A DNA stretch of 64,000 nt from the human T2T-CHM13v2.0 reference genome, Homo sapiens. Of this stretch, positions 1-12,185 are shown in pieces. Each line of letters begins with the position of its first letter. Positions within the stretch are counted from its first letter, which is position 1. The notes beneath the pieces are model-generated. The model saw only the letters and a program-made list of their open reading frames with translations. It did not search any database and was not told the DNA's origin. The translations under genes and the position numbers were made by a program. The DNA lies in the NCBI RefSeq assembly GCF_009914755.1, contig NC_060947.1; one strand, given 5' to 3'.

Positions 1-1254
1 AAACAGGTGTCTTGCAAAAGAAAAAAAATCCATGGCATTAAGTTTTTCATTCAAATTCGGAAGCAAAAATAACCTAAGTTGTGCACTATTGCCTTAGGAA
101 AGGGAAGGGGAAGGGTGAGGGATAAGTGAACAGTCAACTCAGTATCAAACTTGAGAAAAGTAAAGTCACTTCTGCTCAGTTTTGAGTTTACAAATGTGCT
201 TATAAAGAGGAAAAGTGGTAAAATTATACTTAATCTTCAAATTTATTTAGCTGTATTCTCAATACAATTTCTGTACTTGAAATGGCTTTGGGCCACTGGC
301 TGATCTATCTCTGAGGTCCAGATTACCTGGTCAGTTTTCAAATGGCAATTTTATATTCCTTTGTTCAGATTCCAAGGGAGTTTAGGCTCAGCTCATGGTC
401 TTTTGGAATGTTTAGAGATTATTACCACCACTCCATAGCCAAGCTGACCAACTTTTGCTCACTTGTATCATTCTAGCCTTTCAGAAATATTTTCCCCATA
501 CACATGTGCAGTAATTCTAATAAAGGAGTTTTGCTTCTTCTGCAGTGTAGAGGTAATGGTAATGAAGACACCTGCATTGGAATCACAAACTATTCCTCAA
601 AAAAATTCATCAGACTACTAGAAATGTCATTCAGGCAGTTGATTTGAATAGCAAACTTGGGGAGGAAAGATTAACTGTGAAACAAAAATATACGAAACAT
701 TCAAATGCAGAACAAAGGGTCTATGCTACTAAAAATGCCCATGACATTAAACACTCCAAAAACCCCCCATCTGTTGTTTTAACCTAAAAATTCTATTGGC
801 TAACTTATACAATAATTTTGATTAATAACCTGAGAAGTTAAAATCTTGAAAGTGGCAAAAGCAAACAGAGAGAGCATCCCTTACTTATTGGTACCATGTT
901 ATCAAGTCACTTTTTCTGGGTAGCCCTGGTTATTAAATTCCAAATTCTAAATTATAATATCTCTTCCTGTAGAAACCTATATGTACATCAGATTCAGTAT
1001 TTTGGTTGTATTTCACCAATAGCAACTCCAATTTATCTTTGAAAATGCATCCTTTATTTTTAGTTTTAAATAACAATAATCATGTAAGTGCAACTGACTT
1101 AGAATCCCTTCCTACTGGGAGTAAAAACCTAAATAACAAGTTAATAACAGATTCAGCCTCAAAAGGATAATCACTGTGTCAGATTACCCGTTCCTGGAAT
1201 TTAAAAAGTGATTTATGTTGTGTAGTCAAGTTTCATAGCATGTATATATATATA

Positions 1255-1711
1255 TGTCAGGCCTCTGAGCCCAAGCTAAGCCATCATATCCCCTGTGACT
1301 TGCATGTATACATCCAGATGGCCTGAAGTAACTGAAGAATCACAAAAGAAGTGATATTTAAATGGCCTGTTTCTGCCTTAACTGATGACATTCTACCACA
1401 AAAGAAGTGAAAATGGCCGGTCCTTGCCTTAACTGATGACATTACCTTGTGAAATTCCTTCTCCTGGCTCATCCTGGCTCAAAAAGCTCCCCTACTGAGC
1501 ACCTTGTGACCCCCACTCCTGCCTGCCAGAGAACAACCCCCCTTTGACTGTAATTTTCCTTTACCTACCCAAATCTTATAAAACGGCCCCACCCCTATCT
1601 CCCTTCACTGACTCTTTTCAGACTCAGCCCGCCTACACCCAGGTGAAATAAACAGCCCTGTTGCTCACACAAAGCCTGTTTGGTGTTCTCTTCACACAGA
1701 CGTGAGTGAAA
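1255..1711 (+). mobile_element. Solo LTR7 (HERV-H LTR, type I repeat structure)
   Basis: Starts TGTCAGGCCTCTGAGCCCAAGCTAAGCC and ends ...CACACAGACGTGAGTGAAA. Duplicated GCCTTAACTGATGACATT blocks, TATA-like CTTATAAAA near 1575-1583, AATAAA at 1647-1652. Near-TSD ATATA/ATACA. Confidence 0.95.

Positions 1712-1713
<2 letters not shown>

Positions 1714-1748
<35 letters not shown>
1714..1748. repeat. (CA)n microsatellite, continuous with (TA)n at 1243-1254 before the LTR insertion
   Basis: Read directly from the sequence. Confidence 0.95.
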
Positions 1749-1749
<1 letters not shown>

Positions 1750-2491
1750 ATGCTTATGTATGTATGTATATTATACATACACATTTCTATTCAAATAGTA
1801 AGATTCCATATTCAAAAGTTTGTATCACAATATATGGAAAGGAATTTAGTAAGCCGTGCAAAGCAACTTACTTTCTCCTAAAAATGTAATGTCATTCCTA
1901 TATTTTAAGGAAGCTATGTAAGTATTTTGCTTTTATGACACTAGGTAGGAATGCTGCACCACTGCCCAGCAGCTTTATTAAACAATTAAAACAAAATGTT
2001 AAGATTGACCATTACTCTTCTCCATATATTGGGCAAAAAACTAAGAGGGTAGAGGAAAATCAGTAACCTTTCAAAACTGATGATCTTTATCAGCAGAACT
2101 AGACTGAATTTCATTACATTTTAGAATGAACAGCTCTCAACAACAAATTATCAAGATGTTTAAAAGTAAAAGATTCACAATTTGAAGTCTGAATAACGAT
2201 ATTGCAAAAACAAGACAAGATTGCAGACAAAGCATCCAAAAATATCACTGTGGTTTTACCTTGGACACAACCATGGTCTGTTACAAAAGTAGATCATACA
2301 TACAAAGGTATAAAGAACATTAAGTTTTTAGCTGAAGGCAGCAGTCTGTTTAAAGGGACATCCCCGGCAATTCAATGATTAGTAGAATTTATGTATATTA
2401 AGCCCACGACAATGCTGAAGAATGCTGACGTCTTATTCAGTAGAGTCTTCCCCGACTACGATTTCCTCGTGTGCCCCAACCTCGGCCACCT

Positions 2492-4007
2492 CTACTTCCC
2501 CTGAAGGCTCCTCTCATAATTAAAGTTGCTCAAATTGCTGCTATATTTCCCACTGGGAGGGTTATAAATCTGCCTGGCATCTCTTTTTGGTCCTGCTGAA
2601 GATTTCTTGGGTGGTGAACCTGAAGTTGTATCTTCACTGGCTCTCTTTTGCCCAATCTCAACCTTTTGTACAGGTTTCCAGGATAGTGTTACTGTGCTCT
2701 TATAAGAAGGAGGAATGTGGAAGAGATCCTTGATTAAAGCATTGATATTGTTTGTTATTTTCAATGCAACGACTTTAATCTTGTTCTCTTCTGTTTTTAA
2801 GGCCTCACCCTGGAGAGCTTTTACCCTGGAGAGCTAAGCGAAGTTGTCTGATATAAATTTGCAGGCCCCGTGCAAAGTACTGCAGCCTGATTTTGAAATC
2901 TTTGAGCTTTTCTGCATTCAGTTTGGCTGTTAAGAAATCTGGATGTTTTCGGCCCAACTAGTGAAAACTATACAACAAACATTCCACATAACTGAACTGT
3001 AGCTTGGGTTCTTCATTACCAGCATTCTCTCCATTTTCTGCTTCTTCTGGAGGGAGCGGCATGTATTCCTATAACTTATCAAATAGTTTTCTTAAATTTG
3101 TTTCTAGTTTTTCCATGTCACCACAAAATGAACTCATCTCAGCCAACAATTTCAATACCTCCAACTGTATATCAAGACCTTCCACTGGGGTAGTCAAGGT
3201 ACTGAGGTTAGGGAGAACCTGCTCACAGAAATATGTCACAAACCTTGTGGAATGGATAATTCTAGAGAAGAGGGGTACTGCTTGCCGAGTGCACTGTAAG
3301 AGCCTGTACACACAGTCAAGATCCGAGGGATTGAAGGTCTGTTCTAGGTCGGCCTGTTCAGCCACCAACCCTACAAGTTGCTATCTTCCACTCACTGTAA
3401 GCTTTTTAGCCCAGACAGTATCTTCATAATAGAACAAATTCTTCACCAGTCACATCTTCTAGGACATTTTGGATTCAGTTAGTATAAGCTCTTTCACTTC
3501 CTTTGTTAAGACTTCATCTGGTAAAGTCTTAAGTTTTGTAGAAAGGAATTTAATTGCTCGTTCTCTAACAATGTCCTCTCCTCGAAGTATTTGGCTGAAC
3601 AACCCACCTAAAGTCCCTTTTGCAACCATTTTAAATATACTTAACAGGGCGTTGTTCACTAGGTTAAATTCTGCAGAGTTATTTGTCTGCAAAAGTTGCA
3701 TTAATATATCTGCCACTCGAGGAAGATTTTCTCCAGTGGCAAATTGAGGCAGTTCTTTAATTGCTTGACGTCGAATAGATACATCTTCATCCTCACAGAG
3801 GTCTAACAGTGCATTGATAGCAGACTCAACCAATTCTGGAAACTGCTTAAAGAATTTCGGAATAAATTGGGCTACTAATCGTTTTTCCTTAGTACCACCT
3901 TTCACACCACCCGGTATCACTTCATAGGCATTTTTATGCTGGACCACTTGCTCCATGGCATCGGCCAGGATGCCATAATTGCGGTAAAGCTCCTCTACGT
4001 TCGGCAC
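2492..4007 (-). pseudogene. API5: Disabled API5 coding region
   Basis: Start codon reads GTG (4005-4007). A frameshift gives TAG at 3459-3461. A short tandem duplication (ccctggagagct twice) lies at about 2807-2834. The reading frame is split across several ORFs. Terminal TAG at 2492-2494. Confidence 0.92.
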
Positions 4008-4074
4008 AGTGAGTGACAAGCCCAGGGCCCGCTTCCGCTATCCTTGTCCTCACCGGCGCCACTGCCGCCTCGGA

Positions 4075-7000
4075 CGGTTAGCTGGTATTTTCTTAAGAAT
4101 TTTTGCATCCAAATTCATCAGGGATGTTGGTCTGTAGTCTTCTTCTTCTTTTTTCTTCTTTCTTCTTCTTTCTTCTTCCTTCTTCTTCCTCCTCCTCCTT
4201 CTTCTTCTCCTTCTTCTTCTCCTTCTCCTTCTTCTTTTTCTTCTTCTTCCTCCTCCTCCTCCTTCTTCTTCTCCTTCTTCTTCTCCTTCTCCTTCTTCTT
4301 TTTCTTCTTCTTCCTCCTCCTCCTCCTCTTCCTTCTTGCTTCTTTCTTCTTTCATCTTTCTTCTTTTTCTTTTTTTTTGTTATGTACTTTCTTGGTTTTG
4401 GTATTAAGGGGATACCGGATAGAATGATTTAGGGAGAATTGCCTCTTTCTCTATCTTTTGGAATAGTTTCAATAAGATTGGTACCAATTCATTTTTCAAA
4501 GTCTGATAAAATTCAACTGTGAATTTGTCTGGTCCTGAATTTTTTTTTATTGGTAATTTTTCAATTACCATTGCAATCTCGCTGCTTGTTATTGATCTGT
4601 TCAGTTTCTATTTCTTCCTGGTTTAATCTGGGAGGGTTGCATGTTTCCAGGAATTTATCCACTTTCTCTAGGTTTTCTAGTTTATGCACATAAAGGTGTT
4701 CCTAGTCGGCTTGAATGATCTTTTGTATTTCTGTGGTGTCAGTTGTAATGTCTCCCATTTTGTTTCTAATTGAGCTTATTTGGATCTTCTCTCTTCTCTT
4801 CTTAGTTAGTCTTGCTAATGGTCTATCGATTTTATCTTTTTGAAAACCAGCTTTTTGTTTAATTTATTTTTTCATTTTTATTTCATTTAGTTCTGCTCTG
4901 ATATTTCTTATTTATTTTCTTCTCCTGGGTTTGGGTTTAGTTTATTCTTGTTTCTCTGTTTCCTTAAGGTATAACCTTAGATTGTCTATTTGTGCTCTTT
5001 CTGGCTTTTTGATGTAGGCATTTAAGGCTATGAACTTACCTCTGAGCTCTACCTTTGCTGTATCCCAGAGGTTTTGATGGGTTGTGTCACTATTATTGTT
5101 CAGTTCAAATAATTTTTTAAAATTTCTATCTTGATTTCATTGTTGACCCAACAATCATTGAGGAGCAGGTTATTTAATTTTCATGTATTTGTGTGGCTTT
5201 AAAGGTTCATTTTGGAGTTGATTTCCAATTTTATTCCACTGTGACCTGAGAGAGTACTTGATATAATTTCCATTTTCTTGAATTTTTTGAGACTTGTTTT
5301 GTGGCCTATCAATCATATGGTCTATCCTGGAAAATGTTCCAGGTGCTGATGAATAGAATGAATATTCTGCAGTTGTTGGGCAAAATGTTCTGTAAATACT
5401 TGTAAAGTCCATTTGTTCTAGGGTATAGTTTAAGTCCATTTTTTTTGTTTACTTTTCATCTTCCTGACCTGTCAGTGGAGTATTGATGTCCCCCACTATT
5501 ATTGTGTTGCTGTTTATTTCATTTCTTAGGTCTAGTAGTAATTGTTTTATAAATTTGGGAGCTCCAATGTTAGCTGCATATATACTTAGGATTGTGATAC
5601 TTTTCTATTTGACAAATCCTTTTATAATTATTTCACTTTCTTCTTTGTCATTTTTTAACAGCTGTTGCTTTAAAGTTTGTTTCATCTGATATAAGAACAG
5701 CTGTTCCTGCTCACTTTTGGTGTCCATTTTCAAGGAATATTTATTTTCCATCCCTTTACCTTAAGTTTGTGTGAGTCCTTATATGTTAAGCAAGTCTCTT
5801 GAAAACAGCAGGTACTTGGTTGGTGAATTCTTATCCACTCGGCCACTTTGTATCTTCTGAGTGGAGCATTTAGGCCATTTACCTTTAGTGTTAGTATTGA
5901 GATGTGAGGCACTATTTTATTCATTATGCTATTTGTTGCCTGAATACCTTGTGTTATTTTAAAATATATTGTATTTTTGTTTTGTAGGTCCTGTGAGATT
6001 TATGCTTTAAGGAGGTTCTATTTTGGTGTATTTTGAGGATTCATTTCAAGATTTAGAGCTGCTTTTAGCAGTTCTTTTAGTACTGGCTTGGTAGTGGAGA
6101 ATTCTCTCAACATTTGTTTTCTTAAAAAGACTGCATCTTTCCTTCATTTAGAAGCTTAGTTTCACTGGATCTAAAATTCTTGGCTGATAATTGCTTTGTT
6201 TAAGGAGGATAAAGATAGGGCCCCAATCTCTTCAAGCTTGTAGGGTTTCTGCTGAGAAATCTGCTGTTAATCTGATAAGTTTTTCTTTATAGGTTACCTG
6301 GTGCTTTTGCCTCACAGCTCCTAAGATTCTTTCCTTCATCTTCACTTTAGATAACCTGATGATGATGTGCCTAGATGATGAGCTTTTTGTAGTAAATTTC
6401 CCAGGTGTTCTTTGAGCTTCTTGCATTTAAATGCCTAGATCTCTAGCAGGGCTGAGGAAGTTTTCCTCAACTATTTCCCCAAATATGTTTTCCAACATAT
6501 TAGATTATTGTTTAGATTTATTTATTTAATTATTAGAAAGTAGTTAGATTTGTCTTATTTCTCAACTTTTTGGAAGCTTTGTTTATTTTTCTTGAGTCTT
6601 TTTTCTTTGTTTTTGTTGGATTGGGTTAATTTGAAAACCTTATCTTTGAGCTCTGAAGTACTTTCTTCTGCTTATTTGATTCTATTGCTGAGACTTGCTA
6701 GTGTATTTTGCATTTCTCTACATGTTTTCTTCACTTCCAGAAGTCGTGATTTTTAATTTATGCTATCTATTTCACTGAAGATTTTTCCCTTCATATGTTG
6801 TATCATTTTTTTTCATTATGTTGGACCTCACCTTTTTCTGGTGCCTTCTTGATTAGCTTGATAATTGACCTTCTGAATTCTTTTCCTGGAAATTCAAGAA
6901 TTCCTTTTTTGTTTGGATCTTTTGCTGGTGAGCTAGTGTCATCTTTTGAGTGTGTTAAAAAAAACTTTGTTTTGTTGTATTACCAGAATTGTTTTTCTGG

Positions 7001-8349
7001 TTTATTCTCATTTGGGTAGAGTATCTAAGAGGGAAGATTTCGGGCTCAAGGACTGCTATTCAGATTCTTTGTGCCATGGGGTCCTCTTTTGATGTGGTGC
7101 TCTCTCTCTTCTCCTAGGGATGTGGCTTCCTGAGAGTCAAACTGCAGTGATTGTTATTTTACTTCCCGATCTAGCCACCCAGCAGAGCTGCCGGGCTCCA
7201 GGCTGGGGTACTGGGGAGTGTCTGCACAGAGTCTTGTGATGAACTGGTTTTGTGCTGGCTGGCCTTCAGCCAGGAGGTAGTGCTTTCAAGAGAACATCAG
7301 CTGTAATAGTATAGAGAAGATCAGGCGGTGGGCTGAGCCCTACAGCTCCTAAGAGATTAAGTCCTTTGTTTTCAGCTACCAGGGCACAGGGTGGGTAGAG
7401 AAAGACCATCAGGTGTGTGCAGCATTACACATGTCTGAACTCAGACTCTCCTTGGGTGGGTCTTGCTCCAGCAATTGTGGGGGATTGGGCTGTGGTTCTC
7501 AGGCCAATGGAATTATATTGCCTAGGGAATTATGGCTGCCTCTGCTGTGTCATGCTGGTCACCAGGGTAGTGGGGGAAAGCTGGCAGTTACAGGTCTCAC
7601 CCAGCTCCCATGCAGTTCAAAAGGCTGGTCTCACTTCTGCCATGCCCCTGCAACAGCACTGAGTTTATTTCCAGGCAGTAGGTGAGCAAGGCTGGGAACT
7701 TGCCCCAGGTTACCAGCTTCCCCACTTTGAAAGCAAGCTGGGTTTTCATGTTTCCTGCCTCCCCACCTGCTGTGGCTTCTGTGGTGTGTCTGCACTCCTG
7801 ATTCACCCCTTCCCCTGGGTTCTGTCCAGGAAAATTAATGTTCAGTCAAAATTTTTACAAAGTTTTGCTGGCAGTTTTCTTTTCCCTGTGGTCTTTTCCT
7901 AGTTACCCTGGAAGCCCTCCCCAAGGACCTCTGCAAGTGAAAGTCAGAAATGGCTTCCCTGGGGACCAAGAGAGCTGACAGAGCTCTTCCTGTTGCTTCT
8001 TCTACTCCTGTATTTCACTTGGCTCTCTAAATTTGTCTTAACTCCCAGTAAGGTCAAATTCTTCTCTCGTGATCTGGACCTTCAGGTTCCCCAGTAAGAG
8101 TGTGTGTTTGAGTGTGGATAATTCCCCTTTTATACTTTCACACTTTGGACACTTACAGTTTTTGGGCTGTCTTTCAGGGCCTACAGTAGCAATCTGCTTC
8201 CTTCAAAGGGTCTGTAGATTCTCTTGGCTTTCCTGGCATGTTTCTGCAGTAGTTCTTAGAGCAAAAATTTACAATGTGAGTCTACATGCTGCTCTGTCTG
8301 TCCAATTGGAAGCTGCAATTTAGTCCTGCCTCCTATCTGCCATTTTCTC
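4075..8349 (-). mobile_element. Old LINE-1 (L1PB/L1PBa-type): 5' UTR, ORF1 and 5' part of ORF2, interrupted by the API5 retrocopy
   Basis: Degenerate peptides [30 protein letters not shown] (endonuclease start) and IRLTADFSAETLQA (ORF1). The 5' end reads GAAAATGGCAGATAGGAGGCAGGACTAA on the minus strand. Confidence 0.88.
4138..4378. repeat. (TTC/TCC)n polypyrimidine microsatellite inside L1 ORF2
   Basis: About 240 bp that is almost entirely C/T, with an internal duplication of about 64-bp period. Confidence 0.95.
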
Positions 8350-8418
8350 ATAAAATCTGAACAATTTCTTGGAATGAATGAGTATAAAAACACAACATAC
8401 CAAAACCTATGGAAGCAG
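8350..8418 (+). mobile_element. Short old L1 ORF2 fragment
   Basis: AACACAACATACCAAAACCTATGG matches the L1 ORF2 TTYQNLW region. Confidence 0.6.
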
Positions 8419-9612
8419 TGCTTGGTCCCTCCTACAAAACGTGTGAATTATGGGAGCTACAATACAAGATAAGATTTGGGTGGAGTCACAACCAAACCAT
8501 ATCATTCCATCTCTTGCCCCTCCCAATTCTCACGTCCTCACATTTCAAAACCAATCATGCCTTCCAAATGGTCCCCCAAAGTCTTAACTCATTTCAGCAT
8601 TAACTAAAAAGTCCACAGTCCAAAGGCTCATCTGGGGCAAGGCGAGTCTTTTCTGCCTAGGAGCCTGTAAAATCAAAAGCAAGTTAACTACTACTTAGAT
8701 ACAATGGGGATACAGGCATTAGATAAATACCCCAATTCCAAATAGGAGAAAATGGCCAAAACAAAGGGGCTAGAGGCCCCATGCAAGGCTGAAATCCAGC
8801 GGGGCAATCAAATCTTAAAGTTCCTAAATGATCCCCTTTGAATCCATTTCTCACATCACATCTCACATCTCATGGTCCTTTGCAGCTCTGCCTCTATGGC
8901 TTTGCAGGGTACAGTCTCCCTCCCAGCTGCATTCATGGGCTGGCATTGAGTGTCTGTGGCTTTTCCAGGTCCACAGTGCAAGCTGTCAGTGGATCTACCA
9001 TTGTGGAATCTGGAAGAGGGTGGCCCTCTTCTCACAGCTCCACTAGGCAGTGGCCCAGTGCATACTCTATGTGGGAGCTCACACCCTACATTTTCCTTCT
9101 GCATTGCCCTAGCAGAGGTTTTCCATGAGGGCTTTGCTCCTGTGGCACACCTCTGCCTGAACATCCAGGCATTTCCATGAATCCTCTGAAATCTAGGCAG
9201 AGGTTCCCAAATCTCAGTTTCTGACTTTTGTGCACCTTCACACCCAACACCATATGGAAGCTCTCATGGCTTGGGGCTTGCATCCCCTGAAGCCATGGCC
9301 TGAGCTGTACCTTGGTCAGTTTTAGCTATGGCTGAAGCAGTTGAAATACAGGACACCAAGTCCCTATGCTGCATAGGGCAGGGAGGCCCTAGGCCTAGCC
9401 CAGAAAACCATTTTTTTCCTCTTAGGCTTCTGGGCCTGTAATGGGAGGGGCTGCCAGGAAGGTCTCTGGCATGCCCTGGAGACATTTTCCCCATTGTCCT
9501 GGCAATTATCATTTGGCTCCTTGTTACTTATGCAAATTTCTACAGCCAGCTGGAATTTATCCTCAGAAAATGTGTTTTCCTTTTCTATCACATTGTCAGG
9601 CTTCAAATTTTT
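8419..9612 (-). mobile_element. Partial THE1 (ERVL-MaLR): truncated LTR at 8419-8504 plus internal sequence
   Basis: Reverse complement of TGATATGGTTTGG at about 8492-8504. The internal part is homologous, in opposite orientation, to THE1-int at 36.7-37.9 kb. Confidence 0.88.
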
Positions 9613-9614
9613 TG

Positions 9615-9810
9615 AACTTGGGGGAAAGGGTAGGAGAGGGGTGAAGGATAAAAGACCACAAATTGGATACAGTGCATACTGCTTGGGTGATGGGTGCACC
9701 AAAATCTCACAAATCACCACTACAGAACTTACTCATGTTACCAAACACCACCTGTTCCCAAAAACCTATGGAAATAAAAAAATACAATAAAAAAGATATA
9801 AACTAAAAAA
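9615..9810 (+). mobile_element. L1PB-type 3' terminal fragment with A-rich tail
   Basis: GGGTGATGGGTGCACCAAAATCTCACAAATCACCACT...AACCTATGGAAATAAAAA. Confidence 0.85.
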
Positions 9811-10069
9811 CAATTATGGCCGGAAGTGCTAGTATTTTACATTGCTTGATGGCAGTAGATATGCTTTAGAAACCAGATTAATTACATTATAATGTTAACA
9901 AAGGGAAATTAATTTTTCTCAGCAGACATTATTTTTTCTTCCCTTAACTTTCAAGCAAACAAATTAAAATTATTTAAGGGCTACTAGGGCAACATTTATG
10001 ATGGGTAATTCAAGGCTGACAAGAATTTTGTTAATCTGTGATTTTTAATATAGGTGGCAATGATATAAT

Positions 10070-10260
10070 AATAGCATTAGAGCTAAACTCCCAGGATTCA
10101 AATCCCGGTTGTCACTTGTGAGCTGATGGCCCTGGTAAATGGACTTCATATCTCTCTGTCACGGTTTTGTCACTTGTGAATTAAAGATGATGATGGTGAT
10201 GATAAAAAGTATCATTTATCAAAAGGCTGTTGTGAAAATTAAAGAAATTATTGCATCCAA
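10070..10260. mobile_element. MIR-like SINE remnant
   Basis: GGATTCAAATCCCGG...GTTGTGAAAATTAAAG resembles the MIR core. Confidence 0.55.
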
Positions 10261-10265
10261 AAAAC

Positions 10266-10445
10266 AATTCTTAACCTCAGCTGCACATTGCAATCACCTG
10301 GTGAGTTTAAACACTACTAATGCTTGGACTGATACCACACATAGATATTCTGATTTAATTGGTTTCCAGTGAGACCAGGTCATCTAGAATTTTATAGTTC
10401 CCCAGATGATTCTAATTTGCATCCAAAGTTAAAATCCTGTGATTT
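10266..10445. mobile_element. MER5-family hAT DNA transposon remnant
   Basis: TTCTTAACC...CACATTGCAATCACCTGG...CCCCAGATGATTCTAAT. Confidence 0.7.
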
Positions 10446-11509
10446 AAAGTAATTATAAGAGCACCTGGGAAATATTAAGCACTTGGTAGGTGTCATTATA
10501 TTAAGGTTCATATGTTAAGATGATAGCTTTCTTAATTCAAAAAACATAATATTGGAAAGCCATGTGTGAATAGCAATTGCTTTTTACATATTTTTGTTAA
10601 CATAATTTTCTATTCTCAATTGTATAATCAACTTAAGATTTTTTTGTTTCATTTACACAACTTATTTCCACTCTAGACCACTTTCTTTTTTACTCTGGCA
10701 GGGAGAGGCAATCTGTAATACAATAACATTGACCTGATGAATGCAGATAAGTGTGCAATGTGTTCCAGATTTATTTCATTAGGCATCTTTTAAAAGTACT
10801 AAATTCAAAAGGTTTTTTTTTCTTGTCCCATTTTGATTTATCCAACTAGCCCTAGATGACTGATTTATAGGGGAATCAACCTCCTAGTCCATAGATAGCC
10901 CATGCACAAGGTCTTAATAACCTCTCATCTACCACAACATTGAAGTCATTTGATGATTATCTTATTATGTACAATGAGTTCATAGAGAATAAAGGATTTT
11001 CAAGTTGTAGTCATATTTTTAAAAACAGCGTGGTCCTTAAGAGAAGATAAAATTGTAAATTATTAAGGAGATAAATCATGACAAAGAAGGAAGAAGTTCT
11101 TGCTATGAGTTCATAATGCTCCTCCTGTAGTTGACTGAACTTAGTGTCTGACTCTGTACTAACACATTTTCATCTTATGTGTAGAAAGTATAAAGCCGAA
11201 AAACTTTGAAATTATAAAGATTTACTTCATAAAATATAGGTTTATTCCAAACATCTCATACCAAAATTCAGAGCTTACACATTAAAGGCTCAGTTTAGCC
11301 ACATTCCACGGGCAAAACATTAGCCTTTAGAACATATAAAAAATTTTCTACCATGTTTAGAATTTACAACTATGAGTTTTATTAAAGCTTAACTGAAACT
11401 GTACATGCTGGTTGAATGAGATGACCTAAAATTGGCAAATTATTTCTTTCAGGTAGAAGTACTCAATAACCAGACAATTCTTTGTTGTATAAGAGTCTGA
11501 AGGTTTTTA

Positions 11510-12185
11510 AGACTCTTAACATTTAAGACGTCTTAACATTTAAGACGTATAATGTTTGGTTTTTAATTCCTAAGTTACTTGCTTTGAATAATCTCCAATC
11601 TCATCCAGGTTGCTGGAAATGCTATTAATTTATTCCTTTTTATGGCTTAGTAGTATTCCATCATATATATATATGTATGTGTATATATATGTATACACAT
11701 ATGTATACATATGTGTATACATATATGTGTATATATATGTATACACATATGTATACATATGTGTATACATATATGTGTATATATGTATACATATATGTGT
11801 GTATATATGTGTGTATATATGTGTGTATATATGTGTGTATATATATGTGTGTATATATAAGACTTAACATTTAAGACGTCTTAACATTTAAGATGTATAA
11901 TGTTTGGTTTTCAATTCCTAAGTTACTTGTTTTGAATAATCTCCAATCTCATCCAGGTTGCTGGCAATGCTATTAATTTATTCCTTTTTATGGCTGAGTA
12001 GTATTCCATCATATATATATGTGTGTATATATGTGTGTATATATGTATATATATGTATATATATGTGTGTATATATGTATATATATGTATATATATGTAT
12101 ATATATGTATATATATGTGTGTATATATGTATATATATGTATATATATGTATATATATGTGTGTATATATGTGTATATATATATA
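11510..12185. repeat. Tandem duplication with about 348-bp period: junction repeat, inverted L1PB 3' fragment and TA-rich microsatellite
   Basis: GTATTCCATCATATAT occurs at 11653 and 12001, each preceded by about 140 bp of nearly identical sequence. Confidence 0.92.

Larger units (their letters stand above)
1..4074 (-). pseudogene. API5: Processed pseudogene of apoptosis inhibitor 5 (API5/AAC-11): short 5' UTR, disrupted CDS and long 3' UTR running off the window start; probably API5P1
   Basis: Minus-strand ORFs give API5 peptides (VEELYRNYGILADA..., AEQADLEQTFNPSD..., GQKRASEDTTSGSPPKKS...NFNYERSLQGK) colinear with no introns. GC-rich 5' UTR at 4008-4074. AT-rich 3' UTR of about 2 kb excluding the LTR. 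Confidence 0.95.

Noticed and set aside
3459-4019. 186-aa API5 N-terminal ORF as a functional retrogene
   Set aside because: The native ATG is mutated to GTG, the ORF-track start is non-ATG, there is an early frameshift, and no promoter is evident
4044-4432. Poly-E/R/S/F/L ORFs
   Set aside because: Artefacts of the (TTC/TCC)n tract
11510-12185. Repeat-spacer-like pattern suggesting a CRISPR-type array
   Set aside because: There are only two units, made of L1 sequence and microsatellite, in primate DNA with no cas-like ORFs
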